Source of the DNA: Clostridia bacterium
GTDB lineage: Bacteria; Bacillota; Clostridia; Oscillospirales; Acutalibacteraceae
Assembly: GCA_017397125.1 (NCBI GenBank)
Contig: JAFQKB010000047.1
Span: forward strand, 36,732 to 100,731
DNA: 64,000 bases
Reading direction: 5' to 3'
The notes under the pieces are model-generated. The model had not been told where the DNA came from. It saw only the letters and a list, made by a program, of their open reading frames with translations, and ran no database searches. The first letter of the stretch is position 1; the number at the start of each line of letters is the position of its first letter. The position numbers were made by a program, and so were the translations under genes. Positions 15,604-25,376 of the stretch are shown here, piece by piece.

Positions 15604-16812
15604 GTGAATATTTCCATTCCGACACCGGTTCTATGCGCCCTGGATACTCTCAATGCGGCCGGATATGAGGCGTATATCGTGGGTGGGTGCGTGCGGGATG
15701 CGCTGATGGGGCGTACACCTGCCGACTGGGACATCACCACCTCTGCACGGCCTCAGCAGACCGCTGCCGTATTTCACGAGTATCACACAATCGAAACCGG
15801 TGTAAAATACGGCACGCTGACCGTTATCGTGGACGATATGCCGCTGGAGATCACCACCTATCGGGTGGACGGCGACTATACAGACAGCCGCCGTCCGGAT
15901 GAGGTGCAGTATACCGTACAGTTGGTGGAAGATCTGCGCCGCCGTGATTTTACGGTCAACGCCATTGCGTACCACCCGACCGTAGGTTTTATCGACCCGT
16001 TCGATGGACAGAACGACATTCTGCAACATACCATCCGCTGTGTGGGTGACCCGGTGCAGCGGTTGACCGAGGATTCACTGCGCATCGCCCGGGCCGTGCG
16101 GTTCGCCGCCACGCTCGGCTTTACAATCGATTCTGAAACCGCATCGGCGCTGCACACGTTGGCAGCCACCGTGCGCCACTCCGCTGTAGAGCGGATCGCT
16201 GTGGAACTAAAGAAGCTGCTGTGTGGCATGAATGTGCGGTATGTATTTAACGAATTCCGGGACGTTCTGTCGGCGATGGTACCGGAACTGGAAGTATCCT
16301 TATTGAACGCAGATCTGTTAGAAAAGGTTGAGCCCACTCCCCTGCTCCGTTTGGCGGCGTTGTTTATAGGCCTGGATAAGACACCGCAGGAGGCAGCCGC
16401 AACCGCCGTGAACGCGCTTAAACAGTTACGCCTGGATAATGAAACCATCTACGGTGTAGAGCGCCTTGTTCTTTTCCGCGACTACCCGCTTGCGGCTAAC
16501 GAACGCTGCATACTGCGGCTTCTGAATCGATTGGGACCGAGGCTCGCCACAGATTTGATTCACATCCGTTCCGCTTTTGAACGCGACCTGGATCACGACT
16601 CTGTTCTTTCTGATCTGAACAGACTTGCCTACAGTGGCCGCTACAGAATTCAAGATCTGAAAATCAGCGGAAACGATCTTCTTGACCTTGGATTCACTCC
16701 CGGCCCTTATCTGGGAGAGACGTTGCAACGTCTCCTTGAGGCTGTAATGGATGGGCTGTGTCCAAACGAGCGGGAAGCACTGCTGAAATTGGCTGGAGAG
16801 CGTAAAATATAG
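15604..16812 (+). CDS. cca: CCA-adding tRNA nucleotidyltransferase / poly(A) polymerase family
   Basis: GYEAYIVGGCVRDALMG...DWDITT, followed by RRDFTVNA. GTG start after GAGGAGG. Confidence 0.85.
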   Translation: MNISIPTPVLCALDTLNAAGYEAYIVGGCVRDALMGRTPADWDITTSARPQQTAAVFHEYHTIETGVKYGTLTVIVDDMPLEITTYRVDGDYTDSRRPDEVQYTVQLVEDLRRRDFTVNAIAYHPTVGFIDPFDGQNDILQHTIRCVGDPVQRLTEDSLRIARAVRFAATLGFTIDSETASALHTLAATVRHSAVERIAVELKKLLCGMNVRYVFNEFRDVLSAMVPELEVSLLNADLLEKVEPTPLLRLAALFIGLDKTPQEAAATAVNALKQLRLDNETIYGVERLVLFRDYPLAANERCILRLLNRLGPRLATDLIHIRSAFERDLDHDSVLSDLNRLAYSGRYRIQDLKISGNDLLDLGFTPGPYLGETLQRLLEAVMDGLCPNEREALLKLAGERKI

Positions 16813-16844
16813 CCTGCACACCATTCGATGTGCAGGCTATTGTC

Positions 16845-17486
16845 TTAGAATCCCAGAGGCTCACCCACCAGAATCACGTGAATGCGATCCGGGTGGCGCT
16901 GTTGCGCAGAAATCAGGTAATTGCAACAGATACGGCCGGGGCCGGAGCAGCCATCGGTCATACTGCCCTCCAGGCCCATGCACACGCCCGTTTCGTGACA
17001 ATAGGTGTTACACCCCAACCGTTTTGTATTCAGCGGCGCAGCAATGGTCTTGACCCGCCGGATGGCCGCATCCAGATCCGGTACGATTTTGTTGATACCG
17101 ACCACCAGAATCACTTTCTTAGGCCCATATGCGATGGCGGTAATGCGATTGCAGTTACCGTCCACGTTGTACAGCTCACCCGCCAGCGTCACCGCATTAG
17201 AGGAGCAGAGATACACGTCCGCCGTGGCTCCGGCTCGGGTGGCAGCCTCCCGTTCCTCGGGGGTACGGCTGGTATCGGTGCGGTCACGAAAATCGTAGTC
17301 ACCGCTGCGGAGCAGGTCGATCACACCGGCCTCGTTCAGCGAAGCGGAGCCGCCGGTAGCCACAACGCAGCCAGCGGGGATAAGCGACCGAACCAGCGGC
17401 ATTACCTCCTCCTTAGTGGGCACGTAATCCGCCAGCATACGGTTTTTGCGCAGGTTTTCTAAAACGGTATTAACCATATCATTCAT
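16845..17486 (-). CDS. LUD domain protein (lactate-utilisation LutC/YkgG-like)
   Basis: About 213 aa from the MNDMVNTV start (SD AAAGGAG). It has the ATGGSASL motif typical of the DUF162/LUD family. Confidence 0.65.
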   Translation of the reverse strand: MNDMVNTVLENLRKNRMLADYVPTKEEVMPLVRSLIPAGCVVATGGSASLNEAGVIDLLRSGDYDFRDRTDTSRTPEEREAATRAGATADVYLCSSNAVTLAGELYNVDGNCNRITAIAYGPKKVILVVGINKIVPDLDAAIRRVKTIAAPLNTKRLGCNTYCHETGVCMGLEGSMTDGCSGPGRICCNYLISAQQRHPDRIHVILVGEPLGF

Positions 17487-17562
17487 CGAAAAAACTCCTT
17501 TCTGCAGTTGAAAATAGCGAACCAATCTGTTAGAATACTCTAATAAAAAGGGGGTGGCGTAG

Positions 17563-18447
17563 GTGTCATCTTACGTATGCAGGCTGTGTCCCCGCAATTG
17601 CGGTACACAGCGCACAGCAACAGACAATACCGGCTATTGCGGTATGCCATCCACGCCGATGGCTGCCAGAGCCGCTTTACACTTTGGCGAGGAGCCCTGT
17701 ATCAGCGGCTCCCGTGGCTCCGGCACCGTATTTTTCTCCGGTTGTTCCCTGGGCTGTGTATACTGTCAGAACGACCGCATCAGCCACAATAACCACGGAA
17801 AGCCGATTACGGTGGAACGACTGGCAGACGTGTTTCGCGAGCTGGAAGCGGCCGGCGCCCACAACATAAACCTCGTCAACCCCACTCACTATGCAGTTCC
17901 TATCTGTAAAGCGTTATCGCTTTACAAGCCTGCCATCCCCATTGTATACAATTCCGGCGGCTATGAAAAGGCAGAAACCCTCCGTATGCTGGAGGGTTTG
18001 GTAGACGTGTATCTGCCGGATTGTAAATACGTGGATAGCACTCTGTCCTCTGCCCTATCCGACGCGCCGGATTATTTTGAATACGCCTCGCTGGCCATAC
18101 AGGAGATGGTGCGGCAAACAGGCCCAATGGTGCTGGACGAGGACGGCATAGCGAAACGCGGCACGATGGTGCGCCATCTGGTGCTGCCCGGCCATACCAA
18201 AAACTCCATTGAGGTGCTGAATTGGCTGGCCACCCTCAAGGACAGTATATGGGTCAGTCTGATGTTTCAGTACACCCCCTGGGGGGACGTATCCGCGCAC
18301 AAAGAACTCACCCGTGCCCTCACCCGCCGGGAATGTGAAAAGGTGTGGCAGCACATGGACCGTCTCGGCATCGTAAACGGGTACGTCCAGGACCGGGAAA
18401 GCACCGGCACGTTTATGATACCGGATTTTGATTTTACCGGGCTCTGA
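17563..18447 (+). CDS. Radical SAM protein (PflX-like activase family)
   Basis: It has the CSLGCVYCQN CxxxCxxC cluster plus an N-terminal Cys motif. 294 aa. Confidence 0.75.
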   Translation: MSSYVCRLCPRNCGTQRTATDNTGYCGMPSTPMAARAALHFGEEPCISGSRGSGTVFFSGCSLGCVYCQNDRISHNNHGKPITVERLADVFRELEAAGAHNINLVNPTHYAVPICKALSLYKPAIPIVYNSGGYEKAETLRMLEGLVDVYLPDCKYVDSTLSSALSDAPDYFEYASLAIQEMVRQTGPMVLDEDGIAKRGTMVRHLVLPGHTKNSIEVLNWLATLKDSIWVSLMFQYTPWGDVSAHKELTRALTRRECEKVWQHMDRLGIVNGYVQDRESTGTFMIPDFDFTGL

Positions 18448-19467
18448 TTATTTGAGCATCACATACCCCATCTTCTTCTGGGCCTTAGCCAGTGTCTTGG
18501 CAGCCACATACTGGGCCTTTTCGGCACCATCCTTCATCAGCTGGGTCAGCTGCGCCTTGTCGTTCATCAGCACCGCCAAACGCTCCTGGATGGGACGCAG
18601 CTCCTCGGCCACCGCCTCGCCCACGGCCGTCTTGAAATCGCCGTAGCCGCGGCCGGCAAACTCAGCCTCGATCTCGTCGTAGGACTTATTGGTGATGGCG
18701 GAATAGATCTCCATCAGATTGTTGATGCCGTCCTTGCCCTCAGCATAGCGCACGCAGGCCTCGCTGTCGGTGACGGCGCGGCGGAACTTCCGCAGGATGG
18801 TATCCTTGTCGTCCTTGAGCGAGATGTAGGAATTGACGTTCTCATCCGACTTGGACATCTTCTTGGTGGGGTCCTGCAGAGACCGCACCCGGGCGCAGGT
18901 CTTCATAATGTAGGGCTCCGGGATGGTAAAGGTATTGCCGTAGATGCCGTTGAAGCGCTCGGCGATATTACGGGTCAGCTCGCAGTGCTGCTTCTGGTCG
19001 GCGCCCACCGGCACGTAATCCGCCTGATACAGAAGAATATCCGCCGCCATCAAGGAAGGATAGGCAAACAGGCCCAGGTTGATGTTATCGGCGTGCTTGG
19101 CGGATTTATCCTTAAACTGGGTCATGCGAGACAGTTCGCCAAACTGGGTATTGCAGTTCAGCAGCCAGCACAGCTGAGAGTGAGCCGGCACGTGGGACTG
19201 GACAAACAGAAGATTCTTCTCCGGGTCCAGACCGATGGCCAGCAGCAGAGCAAACATCTCGGTGATCTGTTGGCGCAGTTTTGCCGGCTCCTGACGCACG
19301 GTGATGGCGTGCAGATCGGCCACCGCATAGATGCCGTCAAACTCGTCCTGCATACGTACCCAGTTGCGCTGAGCACCCAGATAGTTGCCCAGGGTGGGCG
19401 TTCCGGTGGGCTGGATCAGACTGAGCATCCGTTTTTTACGCACGATTTCTGTGTTTTGATTCTCCAT
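18448..19467 (-). CDS. trpS: Tryptophan--tRNA ligase
   Basis: Class I motifs are present: an N-terminal HIGH-region equivalent (QPTGTPTLGNYLGA) and KMSKS. The start was moved to MENQNTE. Confidence 0.92.
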   Translation of the reverse strand: MENQNTEIVRKKRMLSLIQPTGTPTLGNYLGAQRNWVRMQDEFDGIYAVADLHAITVRQEPAKLRQQITEMFALLLAIGLDPEKNLLFVQSHVPAHSQLCWLLNCNTQFGELSRMTQFKDKSAKHADNINLGLFAYPSLMAADILLYQADYVPVGADQKQHCELTRNIAERFNGIYGNTFTIPEPYIMKTCARVRSLQDPTKKMSKSDENVNSYISLKDDKDTILRKFRRAVTDSEACVRYAEGKDGINNLMEIYSAITNKSYDEIEAEFAGRGYGDFKTAVGEAVAEELRPIQERLAVLMNDKAQLTQLMKDGAEKAQYVAAKTLAKAQKKMGYVMLK

Positions 19468-19524
19468 AGTGTTCCCTCTCATTCATATCCACAAAAAAGT
19501 TACCTATATATTACCACACATCCG

Positions 19525-19553
19525 TTGACATTTTCAATAGATAAATGTAAAAT
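19525..19553 (+). promoter_or_regulatory. Sigma-A promoter candidate for glnS
   Basis: TTGACA, 17 nt, TAAAAT. Confidence 0.6.
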
Positions 19554-19638
19554 ATATAAGGTTTCCATTTTTGAGGGCTTGCGGAGTATATCTGCTTGCT
19601 CTTTACGGAATTCTACAACAAAGGTTGAGGTGATAAAT

Positions 19639-21300
19639 GTGGCAGAGAGCACCAATTTTATCCATGCCATTATTGATGAAGAATTGAGGGAGGGCGGCCG
19701 TTGCTACGGCAAGGCTGTGCACACCCGTTTTCCGCCGGAGCCCAACGGCTATCTGCACATCGGCCATGCCAAGGCCCTGTGCATCGATTTCGGCACCGCG
19801 CTCAAATACGGAGGCTTGTGCAACCTCCGTATGGACGATACCAACCCCACCAAAGAGGACGAGGAGTTCGTGGACGCCATCAAGGAGGACATCCATTGGT
19901 TGGGCTTTGATTGGGACGACCGGTTCTATTATGCCTCGGATTATTTCGAGGTCATGTACGAGCAGGCGGTGGGCCTTATCAAAAAGGGGCTTGCCTACGT
20001 CTGCGAGCAGACCCCGGACCAGGTGCGCGAAAACCGCGGCGACCTGACCCATCCGGCGGTCAGCCCCTATCGCGATCGCCCCATCGAGGAGAGTTTGGAC
20101 CTGTTTGCCCGGATGCGGGCCGGCGAGTTTGAGGACGGCCGTATGACCCTGCGGGCCAAGATCGATCTGGCCAGCGGCAACTTCAATATGCGCGACCCGG
20201 TCATCTATCGCATCAACCATTGCCACCATCACCGCCAGGGCAATAAGTGGTGCATCTATCCCATGTACGACTTTGCCCACCCCATCGAGGATATGATGGA
20301 GCACATCACCCACTCCCTCTGCTCCCTGGAGTTTGAGGATCACCGTCCTCTGTATAACTGGGTGGTGGAGCACGTGGATATCGAGGCGTATCCCCGTCAG
20401 ATCGAGTTTGCCCGTCTGGGCATCAACTACACGGTGATGTCCAAGCGCAAGCTGCGCAAGCTGGTGGAGGAGGGCTACGTGTCCGGCTGGGACGATCCCC
20501 GTATGCCCACCCTGTGCGGTCTGCGTCGTCGAGGCTACACCGCCAACTCCATCCGCACCTTCTGCGATAAGATCGGCGTGGCCAAGGTGCCGAACACTGT
20601 CGAGGTAGCTCTGCTGGAGGCCTGCCTGCGGGAGGATCTCAACGAGAACGCCTGCCGCGCCATGGCGGTGCTCCGTCCGGTCAAGCTGACCCTTACCAAC
20701 TACCCCGACGATCAGTCGGATGTATTTGTCGTGGAGAACAATCCCAACAAGCCCGTGGACGGCACCCGTGAGGTGACCTTCTCCAAGCATCTGTGGATCG
20801 AGGCAGACGACTTTATGGAGGAGCCGATCCCGAAATATTTCCGCCTCTTCCCCGGTAACGAGGTCCGACTGAAGGGTGCCTACGTGATCAAGTGCACCGG
20901 CTGTGTAAAGGACGAGGACGGCAACGTCATTGAGGTGCTGGCCGAGTACGACGTCGATAGCAAGGGCGGCAATACCGCCGACGGCCGCAAGGTCAAGAGC
21001 ACCATCCATTGGGTTGACGCGGCTACGGCCGTGGATGCCGAGGTTCGCCTGTACTCCAACCTTTTTGCGGATCCCGACCCGGATGGCGGCGACAAGGATT
21101 TCCTGGACTGCCTAGCGGACAATTCCTTGGAGACCCTGCACAACTGCAAGCTGGAGGCCGCCCTGGCTACTGCCAATGCTCCTGCCGCATTCCAGTTTAT
21201 GCGCCTGGGTTATTTCAGCGTGGATAACAGGGACAGCGCCCCCGGCCACCTGGTCTTTAACCGCTCCGTATCCCTGAAGGATAGCTTCAAAGCAAAATAA
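19639..21300 (+). CDS. glnS: Glutamine--tRNA ligase
   Basis: HIGHAKAL and VMSKR motifs, 553 aa from the GTG after AGGTTGAGG. The upstream part of the 771-aa track ORF is antisense to trpS. Confidence 0.9.
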   Translation: MAESTNFIHAIIDEELREGGRCYGKAVHTRFPPEPNGYLHIGHAKALCIDFGTALKYGGLCNLRMDDTNPTKEDEEFVDAIKEDIHWLGFDWDDRFYYASDYFEVMYEQAVGLIKKGLAYVCEQTPDQVRENRGDLTHPAVSPYRDRPIEESLDLFARMRAGEFEDGRMTLRAKIDLASGNFNMRDPVIYRINHCHHHRQGNKWCIYPMYDFAHPIEDMMEHITHSLCSLEFEDHRPLYNWVVEHVDIEAYPRQIEFARLGINYTVMSKRKLRKLVEEGYVSGWDDPRMPTLCGLRRRGYTANSIRTFCDKIGVAKVPNTVEVALLEACLREDLNENACRAMAVLRPVKLTLTNYPDDQSDVFVVENNPNKPVDGTREVTFSKHLWIEADDFMEEPIPKYFRLFPGNEVRLKGAYVIKCTGCVKDEDGNVIEVLAEYDVDSKGGNTADGRKVKSTIHWVDAATAVDAEVRLYSNLFADPDPDGGDKDFLDCLADNSLETLHNCKLEAALATANAPAAFQFMRLGYFSVDNRDSAPGHLVFNRSVSLKDSFKAK

Positions 21301-21337
21301 GATGATAAAAAGAGCCTGCACGCCGTGCAGGCTCTTT

Positions 21338-22258
21338 TTACTGAAGTTTTTTGAGAAAAGTCGTGAAGTAATCCGGCAGATCGCTTTCAAAATACAGCTC
21401 CTCATCAGTGATGGGATGGACAAAGCCGATGCATCGGGCATGCAGACACTGACCATTGAGTCCCTGGCAGATTTTGGGCTGCTTTTCCGGACCGTAGACG
21501 GTGTCACCGGCCACCGGATGCCCCAGACTGGCCATGTGCACACGAATCTGGTGGGTGCGGCCGGTCTCCAGCCGCAGACGCAGATGGGTGTAGCCGGCAT
21601 ACCGCTCGATCACCTCGTAATGCGTCACCGCCTCTTTTGAGTGGGAGGTTGTGACGGTCATTTTCTTGCGATTGGTGGGGTGGCGGCCGATGGGTGCGTT
21701 TACCGTGCCGCTGTCGTCACGCACATTCCCCACCACAACAGCCTCGTACACACGTGTAAAGCTGTGTACCTTTATCTGCTTCGCCAGGCCCTGGTGGGCC
21801 TTGTCGTCCTTAGCAACGATGAGCAGGCCGCTGGTGTCCATATCAATGCGATGGACGATACCGGGGCGCAGAACGCCGTTGATGCCGGAGAGACTGTCAC
21901 CACAGTGATGCATCAGTGCATTAACCAATGTTCCGGAATAGTGCCCCGCCGCCGGATGGACCACCATCCCCTTTGGTTTGTTGACAACCAGCAGATGCCG
22001 GTCCTCATACATCACGTTCAAAGGGATGTTCTCGGCTACCACCTCATAGGCCACCGGATCCGGCACCTGGACTGTGACCAAAAGACCCTCTTTGCATTTA
22101 TCCTTTTTGTTGAGTGTCTTACCGGAGGCAGTCACCAGGCCTTGCTCCAGCCATTGCTGGGCGGCAGAGCGGCTGATATCCATCTCCTCGGCCAGCACGG
22201 CATCCAGTCGTTTTGACAACTGTTCAGCGGTGATCTGCCATTCGTACACATCAGCCAT
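21338..22258 (-). CDS. rluD: RluA-family 23S rRNA pseudouridine synthase (RluD-like) with an S4 domain
   Basis: HRIDMDTSGLLIVAKD catalytic motif. The start was placed at MADVYEW. Confidence 0.88.
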   Translation of the reverse strand: MADVYEWQITAEQLSKRLDAVLAEEMDISRSAAQQWLEQGLVTASGKTLNKKDKCKEGLLVTVQVPDPVAYEVVAENIPLNVMYEDRHLLVVNKPKGMVVHPAAGHYSGTLVNALMHHCGDSLSGINGVLRPGIVHRIDMDTSGLLIVAKDDKAHQGLAKQIKVHSFTRVYEAVVVGNVRDDSGTVNAPIGRHPTNRKKMTVTTSHSKEAVTHYEVIERYAGYTHLRLRLETGRTHQIRVHMASLGHPVAGDTVYGPEKQPKICQGLNGQCLHARCIGFVHPITDEELYFESDLPDYFTTFLKKLQ

Positions 22259-22775
22259 CGGTATTCTCCTTTTTCTTGACAGGGATGCCAAACAGCAGGG
22301 AGCGCAGGGGTGTATCCTCCTCGCCCTTCATCCCAAACAGAATAAAGATAAATAGGAGAATCGCTCCCACTACCACACAGCAATCGGCAAAATTAAAGAT
22401 GGGAAAATCAATGAGGCTGAAATACAGAAAATCAATGACAAAGCCGTATACGATGCGGTCGATCAGATTGCCGATGGCACCGGCCAGAATCAGCACACAG
22501 GTGAAGCTGAACAGCTTATACCGCCGCAAGGGGCTGCGCAGCATCATCACCAGGATCACCAGCGCCACCAATATCGTCAGCGGGATAAACAGCCACCTCT
22601 GCCCCTGGAGCATACTGAATGCCACGCCGCGATTTTCCGTATACTGCAACTCGAACACACCAGGAATCACATCGATGGCGCTGCTGTCCTTTAGATTAGC
22701 GGCAGCCCACAGCTTGGTAGCCTGATCCACTCCTACCAACAGGGCTACAAATATCAACAATAATGCAGTCAGCAT
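22251..22775 (-). CDS. lspA: Lipoprotein signal peptidase II
   Basis: 174 aa with TM helices and the NRGVAFS and FNFADCCVVVG motifs. Confidence 0.9.
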   Translation of the reverse strand: MLTALLLIFVALLVGVDQATKLWAAANLKDSSAIDVIPGVFELQYTENRGVAFSMLQGQRWLFIPLTILVALVILVMMLRSPLRRYKLFSFTCVLILAGAIGNLIDRIVYGFVIDFLYFSLIDFPIFNFADCCVVVGAILLFIFILFGMKGEEDTPLRSLLFGIPVKKKENTDG

Positions 22776-22841
22776 AGTGCTCCCCCTTTCTGCATGATAA
22801 AAAAGGGATCAGAGCCGGTCAGCATCCGATCCCTTTCTATT

Positions 22842-23420
22842 TTAGTCCTCTTTCAGTTCAAAGCTAGAAAAATCCGGCATATCGTGGTAATCCGACTGCT
22901 CGGTTTTTGCCGCAGGTACCGGTTTTGGCTCTGCGGGTGCGGCTTCTTCTGCCTGCGCCGTCTCTATGGTAGGATGGGCGCCCTCCAGCACACCGATCAG
23001 GGTGAGATGCTCGCGGTAGATGGACAGCAGCTTCGCCTTAAAGTCCGCAACCTCCTGCTTGACCCGCTGCAGCTCCTCCTGCTCGGCGGCAGTGTCCTCC
23101 AGCGCCTTATCGTGCATGGCAGCGGCCTCTGCCCGGGCAGCCTCCAGGATGTCATCCGCCTGCTTGCGGGCGTCGGAGATCACCGACTCGCTCATCCGCT
23201 GGGCACTAATGAGAGCGGAGCGGATGCTATCCTCCTGATTGCGATAATCCATAATGGTCTCGGCCAGCACCTGCATTTTGCGGCCGTTTTCGTCATTCTG
23301 ATTGGTCAGCTCCTCAATGGTATCGGCGCAACGGTCCAGAAAATCGTCCACCTCATCCTTACGATAGTTGCCCATGGAACGGGGAAAAATAACTTCACGC
23401 ACTTCTCTTGCAGTAAGCAT
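22842..23420 (-). CDS. divIVA: DivIVA domain cell-division protein
   Basis: N-terminus MLTAREVREVIFPRSMGNYRKDEVDDFLD, followed by coiled coil. Confidence 0.85.
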   Translation of the reverse strand: MLTAREVREVIFPRSMGNYRKDEVDDFLDRCADTIEELTNQNDENGRKMQVLAETIMDYRNQEDSIRSALISAQRMSESVISDARKQADDILEAARAEAAAMHDKALEDTAAEQEELQRVKQEVADFKAKLLSIYREHLTLIGVLEGAHPTIETAQAEEAAPAEPKPVPAAKTEQSDYHDMPDFSSFELKED

Positions 23421-23450
23421 AGATTCGGATCCCTTTCTATCAATAACGTC

Positions 23451-24212
23451 TTATAGTACTTTTCGCGCCAATAGCGCCAGCCGGCCTTTTTTCGTCTCCG
23501 GTCCGATCTGGTCCACCAAATAGCGACCACTGCCCCGTATGGAGACGGTACAGGGTGCCGAAACCACGGCAGACACAGAATCAATTGGCAGATGGTCCAT
23601 CGACACAGATCCCAGGCGGATCAGCTCCGCCGCCTTTTCACGAGAGCAGCGAACGAGGGTTTTAACAATCACGTCCAGTCGGGGCGACACCACCGTCTCG
23701 CGCAGGTGCTCGTAATCGCGGGCGATCGGCAGCTCGCCGGTGTAGTCACGGATGATCGTGACCCCTTCCCCGCCGACACGCTTGATCTGCTCGCACACAA
23801 AATCGGCGATCTCCTTACGGAGAAACACAACCGACAGACCCTCGCCGCACAAAATGTCGCCGATCTTATCCCGGCGGATGCCGGCAGAAAGCAGCGTGCC
23901 CAAAAAATCCCGGTGGGTCAGCTTATGTATAGCGCGGTAACGAAGGGCCACGGCGCACAGAGGAAACTCTGCATACGCCGGGTCCATATAGTCCGGACAG
24001 ATCGCCAATATCGCCCGCTCTGCCTCGTCGTAGCCGCCAAACAGGCGCCAGGAGCCGTCCGGTACCCCGGATAGCATACGGCGTACCTCAGCCTGCTCAC
24101 GCAGGTCTAAAAATCCCAGAAAGCACGGCACGCCCCGCTTATCACACATGCGGACCGTGTCCTCTATGCGGGCACGGAGTATTTCGTTAGAGCCCTCAGA
24201 AATACAGTCCAT
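23451..24212 (-). CDS. ylmH: YlmH-family S4-domain RNA-binding protein
   Basis: It sits in the sepF-ylmH-divIVA synteny and has an S4-like C-terminus. Confidence 0.75.
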   Translation of the reverse strand: MDCISEGSNEILRARIEDTVRMCDKRGVPCFLGFLDLREQAEVRRMLSGVPDGSWRLFGGYDEAERAILAICPDYMDPAYAEFPLCAVALRYRAIHKLTHRDFLGTLLSAGIRRDKIGDILCGEGLSVVFLRKEIADFVCEQIKRVGGEGVTIIRDYTGELPIARDYEHLRETVVSPRLDVIVKTLVRCSREKAAELIRLGSVSMDHLPIDSVSAVVSAPCTVSIRGSGRYLVDQIGPETKKGRLALLARKVL

Positions 24213-24639
24213 TGTTCTCCAGTTCGTCCAGCAGATCGCCCATCAGACCCACGTTATAGGGGGTGATGATAAAGGTGCAGTTCGCCACCTTTTTGATCTG
24301 GCCGTCATTGGCATAAGCAACGCCGCTCAAGAAGTCCAGAATGCGGCGGGCCACATCCTTGTTAGCGGACTCCAGGTTCAGCACCACCGTGCGCTTGGCA
24401 TTCAGGTGATCCGCCACAGAGCTGGCGTCGTCGTAGCGCTCCGGCTTAACCAGAACTACCTGCAGCTGAGCGGTCGCATGGATATTAACCACCTTGTTGC
24501 CCTTGCGGGGGGCATCAATCGAGATCTCCTCGATGGAGTCATTCTTTTTCTTAGAGCGAGGCAGGCTATCCTCAATGCTCAGGTCGTTGTCATCCTCGTA
24601 CTCCGGAACTTCTCCTAAGAATTTGCCAAAGATACCCAT
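24196..24639 (-). CDS. sepF: Cell division protein SepF
   Basis: 147 aa with a conserved C-terminal SepF domain (VVLVKPERYDDASSVADHL...VVLNL). Confidence 0.85.
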   Translation of the reverse strand: MGIFGKFLGEVPEYEDDNDLSIEDSLPRSKKKNDSIEEISIDAPRKGNKVVNIHATAQLQVVLVKPERYDDASSVADHLNAKRTVVLNLESANKDVARRILDFLSGVAYANDGQIKKVANCTFIITPYNVGLMGDLLDELENNGLYF

Positions 24640-24659
24640 AATCTTTTCCTCCTGTATAT

Positions 24660-25376
24660 TTAATAATGACGTTCTCCAAACAAAGCAGAGCCGATGCGCA
24701 CCATAGTGGATCCCTCCAGTATGGCCTCGCGGTAGTCACCGGACATACCCATAGACAGCTCCTGCATATCTATATTATCTAATTTTTTCTCTCTAATGTC
24801 AACAAACAGATGATACATTTTCGAAAAAATCTTTCTTTTTTCCTCTTCTTTGTGCAAAATGGGCGGTACTGTCATCAATCCGCGCACCTGAATACCGGGT
24901 AGTGGTGCTATTTCACACAGCAATCGTTCCAGATTCTCCGGCTCAATTCCGGATTTAGCAGCCTCGCCGCCGATATTCACCTCGACCAGGATCGGTGTAA
25001 CAACGGATAATTCTTCCGACCGGCGAGAGATGGCCTGGGCCAGCCGCAGGCTGTCCACCGACTGGATCATCTGCACGTTTCCAACGATCTGCCGCACCTT
25101 ATTGGTCTGTAGATGGCCGATCAGATGCACCTGTGTATCCGCAAGATCCAGATCGTCCTTCTTCTGCATAAACTCCTGCACACGGTTTTCACCGATCTGG
25201 CGAACTCCCAGGTGAATGGCAGCGTTGATACGCTCCGGATCCACCGTCTTGGTGACTGCCAACAGGCGCACCGCATCCTCCGAACGCCCTGCTGCCGTGC
25301 AGGCGCTGTGGATCTCCTCCTGTATGCGAGCCAGGTTCTCTGCGACCAAGCATTCAGCGGATGATCTTTCCGTCAT
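24660..25376 (-). CDS. yggS: YggS/YlmE family pyridoxal-phosphate homeostasis protein
   Basis: LLAVTKT (PLP lysine), HLIGHLQTNKV and SMGMSGDY motifs. Confidence 0.88.
   Translation of the reverse strand: MTERSSAECLVAENLARIQEEIHSACTAAGRSEDAVRLLAVTKTVDPERINAAIHLGVRQIGENRVQEFMQKKDDLDLADTQVHLIGHLQTNKVRQIVGNVQMIQSVDSLRLAQAISRRSEELSVVTPILVEVNIGGEAAKSGIEPENLERLLCEIAPLPGIQVRGLMTVPPILHKEEEKRKIFSKMYHLFVDIREKKLDNIDMQELSMGMSGDYREAILEGSTMVRIGSALFGERHY

Noticed and set aside
17455-17570. Apparent 1-nt register difference between my hand indexing of the printed sequence and the ORF-track coordinates (around 17460-17565)
   Set aside because: The track coordinates are internally consistent: lengths are divisible by 3, and stops are correct at 16845, 17462 and 18447. 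I attribute the discrepancy to my own reading and did not interpret it as a frameshift. It is the reason hand-called coordinates are given as plus or minus 1-2 nt.
18985-19638. N-terminal 218 aa of the 771-aa track ORF that contains glnS
   Set aside because: This part is antisense to trpS and crosses the trpS/glnS intergenic promoter region. GlnRS homology starts only at about 19639, after an SD sequence.
19468-19638. Possible T-box leader upstream of trpS
   Set aside because: Only about 170 nt are available, and they are shared with the divergent glnS promoter. I saw no specifier-loop or T-box (AGGGUGGNACCGCG-like) sequence, and there is no terminator/antiterminator pair.
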